Assembly (NCBI GenBank): GCA_964416095.1
Contig: CAYQCY010000001.1
Location: 7,064 to 70,527, forward strand
Direction: 5' to 3'
DNA length: 63,464 bases
Origin: an uncultured Gemmatimonadaceae bacterium
GTDB lineage: Bacteria > Gemmatimonadota > Gemmatimonadetes > Longimicrobiales > RSA9
The position numbers and the translations under genes are program-made. The notes below the pieces were generated by a model. That model made no database searches and was not told the origin of the DNA. It worked only from the letters and a program-made list of their open reading frames with translations. Below, piece by piece: positions 9,042 to 19,789 of the stretch; the first letter of the stretch is position 1; each line of letters begins with the position of its first letter.

Positions 9042-10060
9042 TCGATCTGAGGAGCGACACCGTGACGCGGCCGACGCCGGCCATGCGCCGGGCCATCGCG
9101 GAGGCCGAGGTGGGGGACGCCGCCCTGGGCGATGACCCGTCGGTCGAGCGGCTGGAGGAGCGGGTGGCCGAGCTTCTGGGCAAGGAAGCGGCCCTCTTCT
9201 TCCCCAGCGGGATCATGGCCAACCAGACGGCGATCCTGGCCCAGACCCGTCCCGGTACCGAGGTCGTCATCGAGCGGACCGGTCACATCCTGGACTGGGA
9301 AGAGGCCGCGGCCGCCACCTGGGCCGGCGTCCTGCTCCGGCCCGTCGACACGATGGACGGGATCATGACCCCGGACCAGGTCCGGACCGCCCTGCGCCCC
9401 ACGGGCGTCACCCAGCCGGAGACGTCATTGATCTGTACCGAGAACACCCACAACGCCGGCGGCGGACGGGTGGCCCCGCTGGCCACGCTCCAGGGCATCC
9501 GGGCAGTGGCCGACGAGGCGGGCCTTCCGGTCCACCTGGACGGTGCCCGCCTCTGGAACGCCAGCGTGGCCACCGGCACGTCCCTCGCCGACTTCGCCGC
9601 GACCGCGGACACGGTCATGGTCTGTCTGTCCAAGGGCCTGGGCTGCCCCATCGGCTCCATGCTGGCCGGGCCCGGCGAGCTCATGGCGCGGGCTCGCCCC
9701 ATCCGCCGGCGCCTCGGCGGATCCATGCGCCAGGTCGGCATCCTGGCCGCCGCAGGGCTCCACGCCCTGGACCACCACGTGGACCGGCTGGCGGAGGACC
9801 ACCGCCGTGCCGGGGAGCTGGCGGAGCGGGCAAACGCCCTGGACGGCCTGTCCGTCGTGATGCCCGACACGAACATCATCATGGCCGACATCTTGCGTCA
9901 TGTCGTGGACGCGCTAACTCTTGTGGAGAGGTTGAACGACCGGGGCGTGCGTATGAGCGTTTTCGGGCCCCGCCGAATCCGCGCCGTTACGCATCTGGAT
10001 GTCGACGACGACGACATCGCCGAGGCGGCAGAGGCCCTGGCCGACGCGCTCGCCGCGTGA
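9038..10060 (+). CDS. ltaE: Low-specificity L-threonine aldolase (PLP-dependent)
   Basis: IDLRSDTVT, LENT-like ENTHN, HLDGARL, CLSKGLG PLP lysine, GGSMRQVG. Confidence 0.93.
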   Translation: MIDLRSDTVTRPTPAMRRAIAEAEVGDAALGDDPSVERLEERVAELLGKEAALFFPSGIMANQTAILAQTRPGTEVVIERTGHILDWEEAAAATWAGVLLRPVDTMDGIMTPDQVRTALRPTGVTQPETSLICTENTHNAGGGRVAPLATLQGIRAVADEAGLPVHLDGARLWNASVATGTSLADFAATADTVMVCLSKGLGCPIGSMLAGPGELMARARPIRRRLGGSMRQVGILAAAGLHALDHHVDRLAEDHRRAGELAERANALDGLSVVMPDTNIIMADILRHVVDALTLVERLNDRGVRMSVFGPRRIRAVTHLDVDDDDIAEAAEALADALAA

Positions 10061-10091
10061 CCAGGTCCGCTGCGCCAGGGAGGGAAGCGAC

Positions 10092-10628
10092 ATGAGCACG
10101 ACACGCATCATCAGCGTCCTCGCGGGAACCGCTGTCGCCGCCGGAGCACTGGCGTGCACCCCCGAGCCGCCGCCGCCGCCCGAGCCCATCGTCCAGGTGG
10201 ACACGGTGGTGGTGACGCGGGAGGTGGAAGTGCCGCCGCCGCTGCCGGAGGGCCGGGCCGCCACGATCTGCCTCGCCAACGGCCAGGCCGTGGACATCCG
10301 GGTCTCGCCGCAGGGCGACACGCTGGTCGGGCCGAACAGGGTGGCCCTGAGCGAGCTGCGGCCCGTCCTGGGCTTCACCGGCACGTACGCCGAGGGGAAG
10401 GCCTGGTTCGTGGCGGATGAGGTCGTCACTCTGGACGACCGGGAGTACCAGAAGTTCGGCACGGCCATGTCCAAGGCGTGCTCCGAGCTGAAGATCGTCG
10501 GCGAGCACATGGGCGTGAACCTCTTCGCCGACGTGTCGGCGACAGCGCCCTTCGACCTGGTCTACGTGCCGGTGACGCCGGGCATCTTCCAGCCCTACCA
10601 GGCGCAGGTGGGCCGGGTCCGCGGCTGA
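10092..10628 (+). CDS. Hypothetical lipoprotein
   Basis: Signal peptide with lipobox GALA-C followed by Pro-rich linker; RBS-like AGGGAAG upstream. Confidence 0.7.
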   Translation: MSTTRIISVLAGTAVAAGALACTPEPPPPPEPIVQVDTVVVTREVEVPPPLPEGRAATICLANGQAVDIRVSPQGDTLVGPNRVALSELRPVLGFTGTYAEGKAWFVADEVVTLDDREYQKFGTAMSKACSELKIVGEHMGVNLFADVSATAPFDLVYVPVTPGIFQPYQAQVGRVRG

Positions 10629-10872
10629 CGGCCCGCGTTTCCAGCGGAACCTGAACCGGGGCGGCCCTGTCCAGGGGGTCCGCCCCGGGTCCGCGTGGGC
10701 CGACCCGTACGGCCATGCGGACGGCCCCGACCGCCCTTCCACCGTCACGCCCCGGGGGTCATCTTTCCAGCGTGGGTCGCAGCCGGTATGTTGGGATCGA
10801 GCGGGGCCTCCCGCCCGGAAGATCCCGCGACACACCGACGCGACAACCCTCACTCCCCGGACGGGCGGAGAC

Positions 10873-11928
<1,056 letters not shown>

Positions 11929-11951
11929 GACGGACGCCTTCCCCCGACGCG

Positions 11952-11981
11952 GGCCCCGGCCGGCGCGCGCCGGCCGGGGCC
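11952..11981. terminator. Perfect 30-bp palindrome between convergent genes (candidate bidirectional terminator)
   Basis: GGCCCCGGCCGGCGC|GCGCCGGCCGGGGCC followed by TTCTCT. Confidence 0.6.
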
Positions 11982-11994
11982 TTCTCTCGGTGTG

Positions 11995-13221
11995 TCAGCC
12001 CGCCACCCCGCCCGGCTCCAGGACCATGACGTACTGGACGTCCAGCTCGTCCTGCCAGACGCCCAGGAATTGCCCGTCCACGTAGCGCACCGGGCGATAC
12101 CGCTCGGGGAAGCGGACCACGCCCAGGTAGCGGCCGTCCTGGTCGAACACGTCCCAGGTGGGCGCGCCCACGTCCCGGGCGTCGAAGCTCTCCGCCGTCT
12201 CTCCGGCCTGCTTCGCCGTCCGGATGTGCTGGACCAGGAGGCTGCCCCCCGGTCCCGCCATGAGCTGGGCGAAGGCCGGGTACTCGGGCGCGAAGCTGAC
12301 GTTGGCCATGAGCTGTTGGACCGCCTGAGGCGGGACGTTCTGCGTCTGCCACGCCTCCCGCAGGAGCCGGCGGAAGGCCTCCCGGTCCGCTTCGGTGACC
12401 GGCTGCCGCGTGAACGGGCGCGTGATGACCCGTTGCAGATTGCCCGCGAGATCGTACACCTCGATGCGGTACGTGGCGTTGATGGCCGTAGCCACGCGCG
12501 AGCCCGGCAACCGGGTCCAGACGGGCTCGGGCTCGAAGAGCCGGATCTGGGGCCCGCCCTCGTTGAACTGGAGCGTCTCGCCCACCAGGAGCTCCAGCAC
12601 CGTGTCCTGCAGCGTCCCGTCCGTCGCCCGCTTGAGGATCAGGTTCGAGTCCGGGGCCGTGTCGGGCTGGCTCGGCAGGGTCATCGTCCGCACCTGCTGC
12701 AGGAAGCTGTTGTCCGGGGCCAGCTCCCACCGCATGGAGATGCCCTGCTGCAGCGGGATCGGGAAGGTGCCCGCGTCCTCGCCGGCCGCCGTGTACATCG
12801 TCATGCGCTGGAGGAGCAGGTCGGGCACGTAGACCGTGTCCCCGGCGCCCACCATGACCGCCGCCGCGCCAAGGCTCAGCTCGCCGGGTCCGTTCCCGGG
12901 CCGGCCCAGCGTCCTGAGATAGGTGCCCGACGGGTCGAAGACGCGGACTTCCTGGGCCTGCTGGTCCAGGACGTACAGGTTGCCGTCGCCGTCCTCATCC
13001 ACGCCGACCACCGCGCCGAACTGGTATGCCGCCTCGCCTGCGGCCGTCCCGATCCGGACGGCTTCCCGGAGCGCCCACGCCTCGTCCCCGGACCAGACCC
13101 CGCTCTCGCCGTTCTCCACGATGACGACGCCCGCGCTGTCCCGCACCGTCCCTGTCCAGCCCGCATCGTCGGCGCACGCCGCCAGCGGCACCAACACCAG
13201 CATCCAGTGTATCGCTCTCAC
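11995..13221 (-). CDS. 6-bladed beta-propeller (NHL/TolB-like) lipoprotein
   Basis: GTG start behind GGGAGG RBS, lipobox LAA-C, repeated blades (LYVLD, VRVFDPSG, WDVFDQDGRYLG). Confidence 0.8.
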   Translation of the reverse strand: MRAIHWMLVLVPLAACADDAGWTGTVRDSAGVVIVENGESGVWSGDEAWALREAVRIGTAAGEAAYQFGAVVGVDEDGDGNLYVLDQQAQEVRVFDPSGTYLRTLGRPGNGPGELSLGAAAVMVGAGDTVYVPDLLLQRMTMYTAAGEDAGTFPIPLQQGISMRWELAPDNSFLQQVRTMTLPSQPDTAPDSNLILKRATDGTLQDTVLELLVGETLQFNEGGPQIRLFEPEPVWTRLPGSRVATAINATYRIEVYDLAGNLQRVITRPFTRQPVTEADREAFRRLLREAWQTQNVPPQAVQQLMANVSFAPEYPAFAQLMAGPGGSLLVQHIRTAKQAGETAESFDARDVGAPTWDVFDQDGRYLGVVRFPERYRPVRYVDGQFLGVWQDELDVQYVMVLEPGGVAG

Positions 13222-13384
13222 GAAGGACCTCCCGGAACCAGGTCGAAGTGGCGCGCCCCCCGTCCGTCGAGCGGGCCGGCCTGCGCGGGCCGCAGGCCCT
13301 CGCACGGGTTGAAGGGACGCGTATATTATATGGTTTGCGTACGGATTTGACGACACGGATCGGGATCGCGCCGCAAGGACATAC

Positions 13385-16018
13385 ATGACCGCCGCCGAGA
13401 TCAGACGCAGGTTCCTCGGGTACTTCGAGCGGAACGGGCACGCCGTGCGGCCCAGCTCGAGCCTCGTGCCCTCCGACGACCCGACGCTCCTCTTCACGAA
13501 CGCCGGCATGGTCCAGTTCAAGCGGGCGTTCCTGGGCGAGGAGGACCCGGGGTTCGACCGGGCCGCGACGTCACAGAAGTGCCTGCGGGTGAGCGGCAAG
13601 CACAACGACCTGGAGGAGGTGGGCCGGACGGCGCGGCATCACACCTTTTTCGAGATGCTGGGCAACTTTTCCTTCGGCGACTACTTCAAGCGGGACGCCA
13701 TCCGGTTCGCCTGGGAGTTCATGACGGACGAGTTGGGGCTGGACCCGGATCGCCTGTATGCCACGGTGCACTATACGGACGACGAGGCGGCGGAGCTGTG
13801 GGAGGAGCTGACCGACATCCCCCCGGATCGCATCTACCGGCTGGGCGACAAGGACAACTTCTGGCAGATGGGCGACACGGGGCCGTGCGGCCCGTGCTCC
13901 GAGCTGCATTACGACCTGCGGCCGGCCGCGGAGCGGGGTGCGGAGCTGCCGACGGAGGAGTTCGCCGGGCGGGGGGAGGCCGGCGAGTTCCTGGAGCTGT
14001 GGAACCTGGTCTTCATGCAGTTCGACCGGTCCGCCGACGGGGCCATGATGGAGCTGCCGGAGCCGTCCATCGACACCGGTGCGGGGCTGGAGCGCATCGC
14101 CAGCGTGATGCAGGGCGTGGAGTCCAACTACGAGACGGACCTGTTCCGGTCGCTCATCGACCGGGCCGTATCGGTGATCGGCACGGACTACGATCCCGGG
14201 GAAGGCGGCGTATCCTACCGGGTCCTCGCGGACCATGCCCGGGCGGTGGCCTTCCTCATCGCCGACGGCGTCTTCCCGACGAACGAGGGGCGGGGCTACG
14301 TGTTGCGCCGCATCCTGCGGCGGGCCGTGCGCCACGCCTGGCTGCTGGGCCGGCGTGAGCCGACGCTGGTGGAGGTGGTGGACGAGGTCGTCGCGCGGAT
14401 GGGCGAAGCATACCCGGAGCTGGGGCACCGGCGCGAGCACATCCTGCGGGCTACGCGGATGGAAGAGGAACGCTTCCTGTCCACCATCGATGCCGGCATG
14501 CAGCGGTTCGACGAGGTGGCCCCGGAAGGTGCCGGCGGGACGATAAGCGGCGAGGACGCCTTCCGGCTCTACGACACGTACGGCTTCCCCCTGGACCTGA
14601 CGGAGCTGATGGCGGAGGAGCGGGGTTACGCGGTGGACGTGGAGGGCTTCGAGGCGGCGCTGGAGGAGCAGCGTGAGCGTTCGCGGCGGGACCGGGCCGA
14701 GTCCGGCGCCGAGGACGGCGACGTCCTGGCCCAGGGCTGGGAGGAGCTGGAAGGCGACGTGGAGCAGGAGTTCGTGGGCTACGAGGAGACGGAGACCGAC
14801 ACGGAGGTGACGGCGTTCCGCCGGGAGAACGGCCGTGTGGCCGTCGAATTGCGCCGGAACCCGTTCTACGTGGAGGCCGGCGGCCAGGTCAGCGATGCCG
14901 GCCGGGTGGAAGGCGATGGCTGGACGCTCGTCGTGGATGACGTGCGGCGCGTGGCCGGCCGGGTGGCCGTGATCGGTGATGTGGACGGCGAGTTCCCGGC
15001 CGCCACGGCGCCGGTGCCCGTGCGGGCCCGGGTGACGCCCTCCACGCGGCACGACACCGAGCGGAACCACACGGCCACGCACCTGCTGCACGCCGCGCTG
15101 CGGGACGTGTTGGGCGACCACGTCGTGCAGCGGGGCTCGCTGGTGGCGCCGGACCGGCTCCGCTTCGACTTCTCGCACCCCGAGCCGATGACGGCGGACG
15201 AGATCCGGGCCGTCGAGGATGAGGTGAATCGGGAGATCCTGGAGGATCACCCCGTCCAGATCCGGTTCATGGGGTACGACGACGCCATCGCCGAAGGCGC
15301 CATGGCCCTGTTCGGGGAGAAATACGGCGACGTGGTGCGGACCATCACGGTGCCCGGCGTGAGCATGGAGCTCTGTGGCGGGACGCATGTCCGCCACACC
15401 TCGGAGATCGGCACCTTCCGCATCGTGTCCGAGACGGGGGTGGGTGCCGGGGTGCGTCGCATCGAGGCCGTGACGGGCCCCGAGGCGCATCGCCTGGCCC
15501 GGGAGCAGGAGGACCGGCTGCGGGCGGCCGCGGGCGCCCTCAGGACGCCGCCGGAGATGGTCGTGAAGCGGGTCGAGCAGCTCGTGGAGGAGAACCGTGA
15601 GCTGGAGCGGCAGCTTCGCAAGGCCCGTCACGAGGGCGCTGCCGACCTGGTGGGCGAGCTGGTGGACGGGGCCGCATCCGTGGACGGGGCCCGGGTCATC
15701 GCCCGGGAGGTGGACGTGACGACCCAGGACGAGCTGCGGGCCCTGGGCGACCGGCTCCGGGACCGGATCGGCACCGGAGCCGTGGTGCTGGCGGCCAGCT
15801 ACGACGAGAAGATGGCCCTCTTCGCCGTCGTCACGGACGACCTGATCTCCCGCGGCGTTCGGGCGGACGAGCTGCTGCGGCGGATCGCCGGGCTCACCGG
15901 CGGGTCCGGCGGCGGCCGGCCCCACATGGCCCAGGGCGGCGTCGGCGACCCGGCCAAGGTCGGCGAGGCGCTGGCCGCGGCGCCGGGCATCGTCCAGGAG
16001 CTCCTCGGCCAGGCATGA
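13385..16018 (+). CDS. alaS: Alanine--tRNA ligase
   Basis: LLFTNAGM, HHTFFEMLGNFS, GPCGPCSE, DTGAGLER, editing HTATH and ELCGGTH, GGGGRP tail. Confidence 0.99.
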   Translation: MTAAEIRRRFLGYFERNGHAVRPSSSLVPSDDPTLLFTNAGMVQFKRAFLGEEDPGFDRAATSQKCLRVSGKHNDLEEVGRTARHHTFFEMLGNFSFGDYFKRDAIRFAWEFMTDELGLDPDRLYATVHYTDDEAAELWEELTDIPPDRIYRLGDKDNFWQMGDTGPCGPCSELHYDLRPAAERGAELPTEEFAGRGEAGEFLELWNLVFMQFDRSADGAMMELPEPSIDTGAGLERIASVMQGVESNYETDLFRSLIDRAVSVIGTDYDPGEGGVSYRVLADHARAVAFLIADGVFPTNEGRGYVLRRILRRAVRHAWLLGRREPTLVEVVDEVVARMGEAYPELGHRREHILRATRMEEERFLSTIDAGMQRFDEVAPEGAGGTISGEDAFRLYDTYGFPLDLTELMAEERGYAVDVEGFEAALEEQRERSRRDRAESGAEDGDVLAQGWEELEGDVEQEFVGYEETETDTEVTAFRRENGRVAVELRRNPFYVEAGGQVSDAGRVEGDGWTLVVDDVRRVAGRVAVIGDVDGEFPAATAPVPVRARVTPSTRHDTERNHTATHLLHAALRDVLGDHVVQRGSLVAPDRLRFDFSHPEPMTADEIRAVEDEVNREILEDHPVQIRFMGYDDAIAEGAMALFGEKYGDVVRTITVPGVSMELCGGTHVRHTSEIGTFRIVSETGVGAGVRRIEAVTGPEAHRLAREQEDRLRAAAGALRTPPEMVVKRVEQLVEENRELERQLRKARHEGAADLVGELVDGAASVDGARVIAREVDVTTQDELRALGDRLRDRIGTGAVVLAASYDEKMALFAVVTDDLISRGVRADELLRRIAGLTGGSGGGRPHMAQGGVGDPAKVGEALAAAPGIVQELLGQA

Positions 16019-16341
16019 GCGCCACCGCCTGGCTCGCGCAACGGCGGCCCGCGCCTCCCACATCCCTGGCCGAGGCGGTGGCCCGCTACGCGGCGGGTCG
16101 TGACGCGGGAGACGTGCCGGAACAGCTTGCCGCGGCGGCCATGGACGCGCTGGAGACGGCGCTGGAGCGGCCGGAGGACAGGGCCGGCGCCTGGGACCTG
16201 CTGGCCGCCGATGCGCTTCTGACGTACGCGTTCGAGGCGGCGGCGGTGGAGGGGGCGGCGGCGGTGGAGCGCCTGGCCGCGGCTCTGGGGCCGGATCGGT
16301 TCGACCGGCTCCTGGATGACCACTCCGGGGGACGGACATGA
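16015..16341 (+). CDS. Hypothetical helical protein
   Basis: ATGA overlaps with both alaS and gmhA; GC3-rich coding frame; DLLAADALLTYAFE motif. Confidence 0.7.
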   Translation: MSATAWLAQRRPAPPTSLAEAVARYAAGRDAGDVPEQLAAAAMDALETALERPEDRAGAWDLLAADALLTYAFEAAAVEGAAAVERLAAALGPDRFDRLLDDHSGGRT

Positions 16342-16916
16342 ACGAGATCGTGGCGCAGCTCGAGGCGCTGGCGGCCCTCGCCGGCGACGTGGCGGGCAGG
16401 GAGGTGGACCGGGTCGCGGAGCTGGTGGAGCTGTTCGCCGACACGCTGGAGGCCGGGGGCAAGCTCATGTTCTGCGGCAACGGCGGCTCGGCGGCGGACG
16501 CCCAGCACCTGGCCACCGAGTACGTGGTCCGGTTCGAGCGGGAAGGCCGGGCGCTTCCGGCGCTGGCGCTCACCACGGACACGTCCCTCCTCACGGCGGC
16601 GGGCAACGACCACGGCTTCGAGACGATCTTCGCCCGGCAGGTGGAGGCCCACGGTCGAGCGGGCGACGTGCTGGTCCTGCACTCGACGTCGGGCAACTCG
16701 GAGAACCTGGTCCGGGCCGCCGACGCGGCGCGGGAGGTCGGGGTCCGGACCGTTGCGCTGCTGGCCCGGGACGGAGGCCGGTTGAAGGGGGAGGTGGACC
16801 TGGCCGTCGTGGTGCCGACGGAGAACGGCGCGCGGGCGCAGGAGCTGCACCTGGCCATCGGCCACATTGTCTGCGACCTGGTGGAGCGGCGGTTCCGAAC
16901 CGTACCGAGATCATGA
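16338..16916 (+). CDS. gmhA: D-sedoheptulose-7-phosphate isomerase (SIS domain)
   Basis: CGNGGSAADAQH, GNDHGF, STSGNS, QELH. Confidence 0.92.
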   Translation: MNEIVAQLEALAALAGDVAGREVDRVAELVELFADTLEAGGKLMFCGNGGSAADAQHLATEYVVRFEREGRALPALALTTDTSLLTAAGNDHGFETIFARQVEAHGRAGDVLVLHSTSGNSENLVRAADAAREVGVRTVALLARDGGRLKGEVDLAVVVPTENGARAQELHLAIGHIVCDLVERRFRTVPRS

Positions 16917-17677
16917 GCGTATCGATCGATCTGAAGGGCAGGCGAGCTCTCGTCACCGGGGGCACCCGTGGCGTGGGCCGCGCCACTTCGAGGCTGCTGG
17001 CGGAGGCCGGTGCCGATGTGGCCGTGGCGTACCGGTCGCGGTCGAAAGAGGCCGAGGCCACGGTGGCGGAGCTCGAGGAGCTGGGGGTGCGGGCCTTCGC
17101 CGAGCCCGGCGACCTCTCCCGTCCGGCGGACGTGGACCGGCTCTTCAAGCGCATCGAGTCGGAGCTGGGCGGGCTCGACATCTTCGTGGGCAACGCCGGG
17201 ATCTGGCCGCCGGAGGACGTGCTCATCGCGAAGATGGACACCGACCAGTGGTGGCGGACCGTGGACGTGAACCTGAACGCCATCTTCTACACGACCCGGG
17301 CCGCCGCCCGCCTCCTCTCGGACGGCGGCCGCATCGTGCTCGTCTCGTCCACGGCGGGGCAGCGCGGCGAGGCGGGCCATGCCGACTACGCCGCGACGAA
17401 GGGCGCCCTCATCGCCCTGGTGAAGGGGGTGGCGGTGGAGCTGGCGCCCCGGGACATCACCGTGAACTGCGTGGCGCCCGGCTGGATCGACACGGAGATG
17501 TGCGCCGTGCCCTTCGCGGGCGGCGGTCGCAAGAAGATCGAGGCCTCCATTCCCCTGGGCCGGGTGGCGAGCGTCGAGGACGTCGCCGGCCCCATCGCGT
17601 TCCTCTGCTCGCCCCTGGCCCGCCACATCACCGGCGAGGTGCTGAACGTGAACGGAGGGGCGGTGCTCTGCGGGTGA
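16913..17677 (+). CDS. SDR family oxidoreductase (FabG-like)
   Basis: TGGTRGVG, NAG, YAATK catalytic motif, VNCVAPGWIDT. Confidence 0.92.
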   Translation: MSVSIDLKGRRALVTGGTRGVGRATSRLLAEAGADVAVAYRSRSKEAEATVAELEELGVRAFAEPGDLSRPADVDRLFKRIESELGGLDIFVGNAGIWPPEDVLIAKMDTDQWWRTVDVNLNAIFYTTRAAARLLSDGGRIVLVSSTAGQRGEAGHADYAATKGALIALVKGVAVELAPRDITVNCVAPGWIDTEMCAVPFAGGGRKKIEASIPLGRVASVEDVAGPIAFLCSPLARHITGEVLNVNGGAVLCG

Positions 17678-19029
17678 TGGTGAAGCGCGGGACCATCGAG
17701 CTCGAGCCGCCCGAGGCGGTCCGGACCATCGTACGGCGTCTGGAAGACGCCGGCTACGAGACCTGGGCCGTGGGCGGTGCGGTGCGGGATGTCCTGCTGG
17801 GCGAGCCGGGCGGTGACTGGGACCTGGCCACCCGGGCGGAGCCGAAGCGGGTGCGCCGCCTCTTCCGCCGCACGGTGCCCATCGGCATGGAGCACGGCAC
17901 GGTGGGCGTTCTCGGGGATGACGACGTGCTGTACGAGGTAACGACCTTCCGGCGGGACGTGGAGACCTTCGGCCGGCACGCCGTCGTGGAGTTCGCGGAG
18001 ACGCTGGAGGAGGACCTGGCCCGGCGCGACTTCACCATTAACGCCCTGGCCTGGCATCCCGTGTCCGGTGAGCTGCGCGATCCCTTCGGCGGGCTGGAGG
18101 ACATGGAGGCCCGCCGCCTCCGCACGGTCGGCGAAGCGGCGGACCGGTTCGCCGAGGACTACCTGCGGGTGCTCCGGGCGCTCCGCTTCGCGGGCCGGTT
18201 CGGCCTGACCATCGATCTGGATACCTGGACGGCGCTGCGCGACGCCGCCGAGCACCTGCCCACTCTCTCCGCCGAGCGGATCCGGGAGGAGCTTTGGAAG
18301 GTGCTGCGGAGGAGCCGCCAAGCTTCCCGGGCCCTGGCGCTGTACGCCGAGTCGGGCGTCCTGGCGGTGGCCTATCCCGAGCTCCAGGAGGTGTACCGAC
18401 TGGAGGACGAGGTGGACGGCACGACGGCCTGGGCCCGGACGCTCGGCGCGGTGGACGCCGTCGCACCGAACCGGGTGCTGCTCCGCGTGGCCGCACTGCT
18501 CCACGCCCTGGGCATGCCCGGGTCCCGGACCCGGGACCTGCGTGGCGGCTGGCGCTACACCGGGCACGAGGTCTCGGGCGCCGGCAAGGCCGAGGCGGTC
18601 ATGGTGCGGCTCAAGGCCTCCAACGCCCAGACGGAGCGGGTCCGGCGCCTGGTCCGGCACCAGACGGACCTCTTCCCGCCGGACGCGGGCGGCGCCATGG
18701 TCCGGCGCTGGCTGCGCCGGGTGGGTCCGGACCTGGTCGCCGACCTGTTCCGGCTGCGCATCGCGCTGTGGCGCGGCGGAGCCACCGGGGGGCCGCCGCC
18801 GGACGACCTGCGGGAGCGGTGGACCATGGCCCGGGCCGTGCTGCGCCGGGACCCGCCTCTCCAGGTCGCCGACCTGGCCATCGGCGGGGAGGAGCTCAAG
18901 GCGATGGGCATCGAGCCGGGGCCCCGGTTCGGGGAGATCCTGGACGAGCTCCTGGAGCGGGTTACGGACGAGCCCGAGCTCAACGCGCCGGAGCCGCTGA
19001 AGACGATCGTGCGGGAGGAGCTGACGTGA
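17677..19029 (+). CDS. cca: CCA tRNA nucleotidyltransferase (class II)
   Basis: VGGAVRD, DWDLAT, DLARRDFTINA, EDYLRVLRALRF, ERIREEL. Confidence 0.88.
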   Translation: MVKRGTIELEPPEAVRTIVRRLEDAGYETWAVGGAVRDVLLGEPGGDWDLATRAEPKRVRRLFRRTVPIGMEHGTVGVLGDDDVLYEVTTFRRDVETFGRHAVVEFAETLEEDLARRDFTINALAWHPVSGELRDPFGGLEDMEARRLRTVGEAADRFAEDYLRVLRALRFAGRFGLTIDLDTWTALRDAAEHLPTLSAERIREELWKVLRRSRQASRALALYAESGVLAVAYPELQEVYRLEDEVDGTTAWARTLGAVDAVAPNRVLLRVAALLHALGMPGSRTRDLRGGWRYTGHEVSGAGKAEAVMVRLKASNAQTERVRRLVRHQTDLFPPDAGGAMVRRWLRRVGPDLVADLFRLRIALWRGGATGGPPPDDLRERWTMARAVLRRDPPLQVADLAIGGEELKAMGIEPGPRFGEILDELLERVTDEPELNAPEPLKTIVREELT

Positions 19030-19072
19030 CGCGGCGCGACGGCGCGCCGCCTCGGACCGGAGCGCGTCCGGC

Positions 19073-19789
19073 ATGACGGTGGCCTTCTACGCCATCATGG
19101 CGGCGCTGGCCAACGTCCTGGGCGGCCTGCTCGTGACCACGGGCAGGCGGCGCAGCCCGACGGTGCTGAGCACGCTGGTGGCCTTCGGGGGCGGCTTCAT
19201 GCTGGCGGTCGCGGTGCTGGAGATGCTGCCCATCGCCCTGGAGGTGGCGTACGGCGTCACCGCCCTCCTGCTGGGGTACCTGGCCGTGCACCTGACGCAA
19301 CACGTGCTCACGCCCCACTTCCACCTCGGCGAAGAGACCCACGTGGAGGCCATGGCATCCCGGGGGGTGGGCGTCTTCGCCCTGCTCGGGCTCCTGCCCC
19401 ACGCCTTCTTCGACGGCGTCGCCATCTTCAGCGGCCACGTGGAGCGGCCGGAGCTCGGCCTCCTGATCTTCCTGGCCGTGGCGCTCCACAAGGTGCCCAC
19501 GGGCCTGTCGCTGGCCAGCATCATGCTCGCCAGCGGGAACTCGGCGCGGCAGGCCATCCTGGCCGTGGTCGCCGTCGGGGCGGCGACCCTCCTGGGCGCG
19601 GCCGTCACACCGGTCGTGGGCGTGCTGGCCCGCTACGGCCTGGCGCTGGCCGCCGGCGTGACCCTCTACGTGGCGGCCTCGAACCTGATCCCCGAGGTCC
19701 AGCAGCAGCGCGGCTGGCAGATCCCCGGGGGCGTCTTCCTCGGCGTGCTGACCTTCTATCTGGCGCGCCTGGTCATCCCGGGGCACTGA
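19073..19789 (+). CDS. ZIP family metal transporter
   Basis: Multiple TM helices; HFHLGEETH loop, HAFFDG, HKVP metal-binding motifs. Confidence 0.88.
   Translation: MTVAFYAIMAALANVLGGLLVTTGRRRSPTVLSTLVAFGGGFMLAVAVLEMLPIALEVAYGVTALLLGYLAVHLTQHVLTPHFHLGEETHVEAMASRGVGVFALLGLLPHAFFDGVAIFSGHVERPELGLLIFLAVALHKVPTGLSLASIMLASGNSARQAILAVVAVGAATLLGAAVTPVVGVLARYGLALAAGVTLYVAASNLIPEVQQQRGWQIPGGVFLGVLTFYLARLVIPGH

Noticed and set aside
13309-13330. Canonical alaS promoter built on TTGAAG plus TATATT/TATTAT
   Set aside because: The spacing is only 7-9 bp. The AT patch probably holds overlapping divergent -10 boxes (TATAAT on the - strand at 13325-13330), but I cannot assign the -35 elements reliably.
13571-17626. 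1351-aa antisense ORF (also 45671-48286, 2407-4521, 30167-32086 and many other long overlapping ORFs)
   Set aside because: Shadow frames of high-GC genes. They have no protein motifs and overlap confidently identified genes on the other strand or frame.
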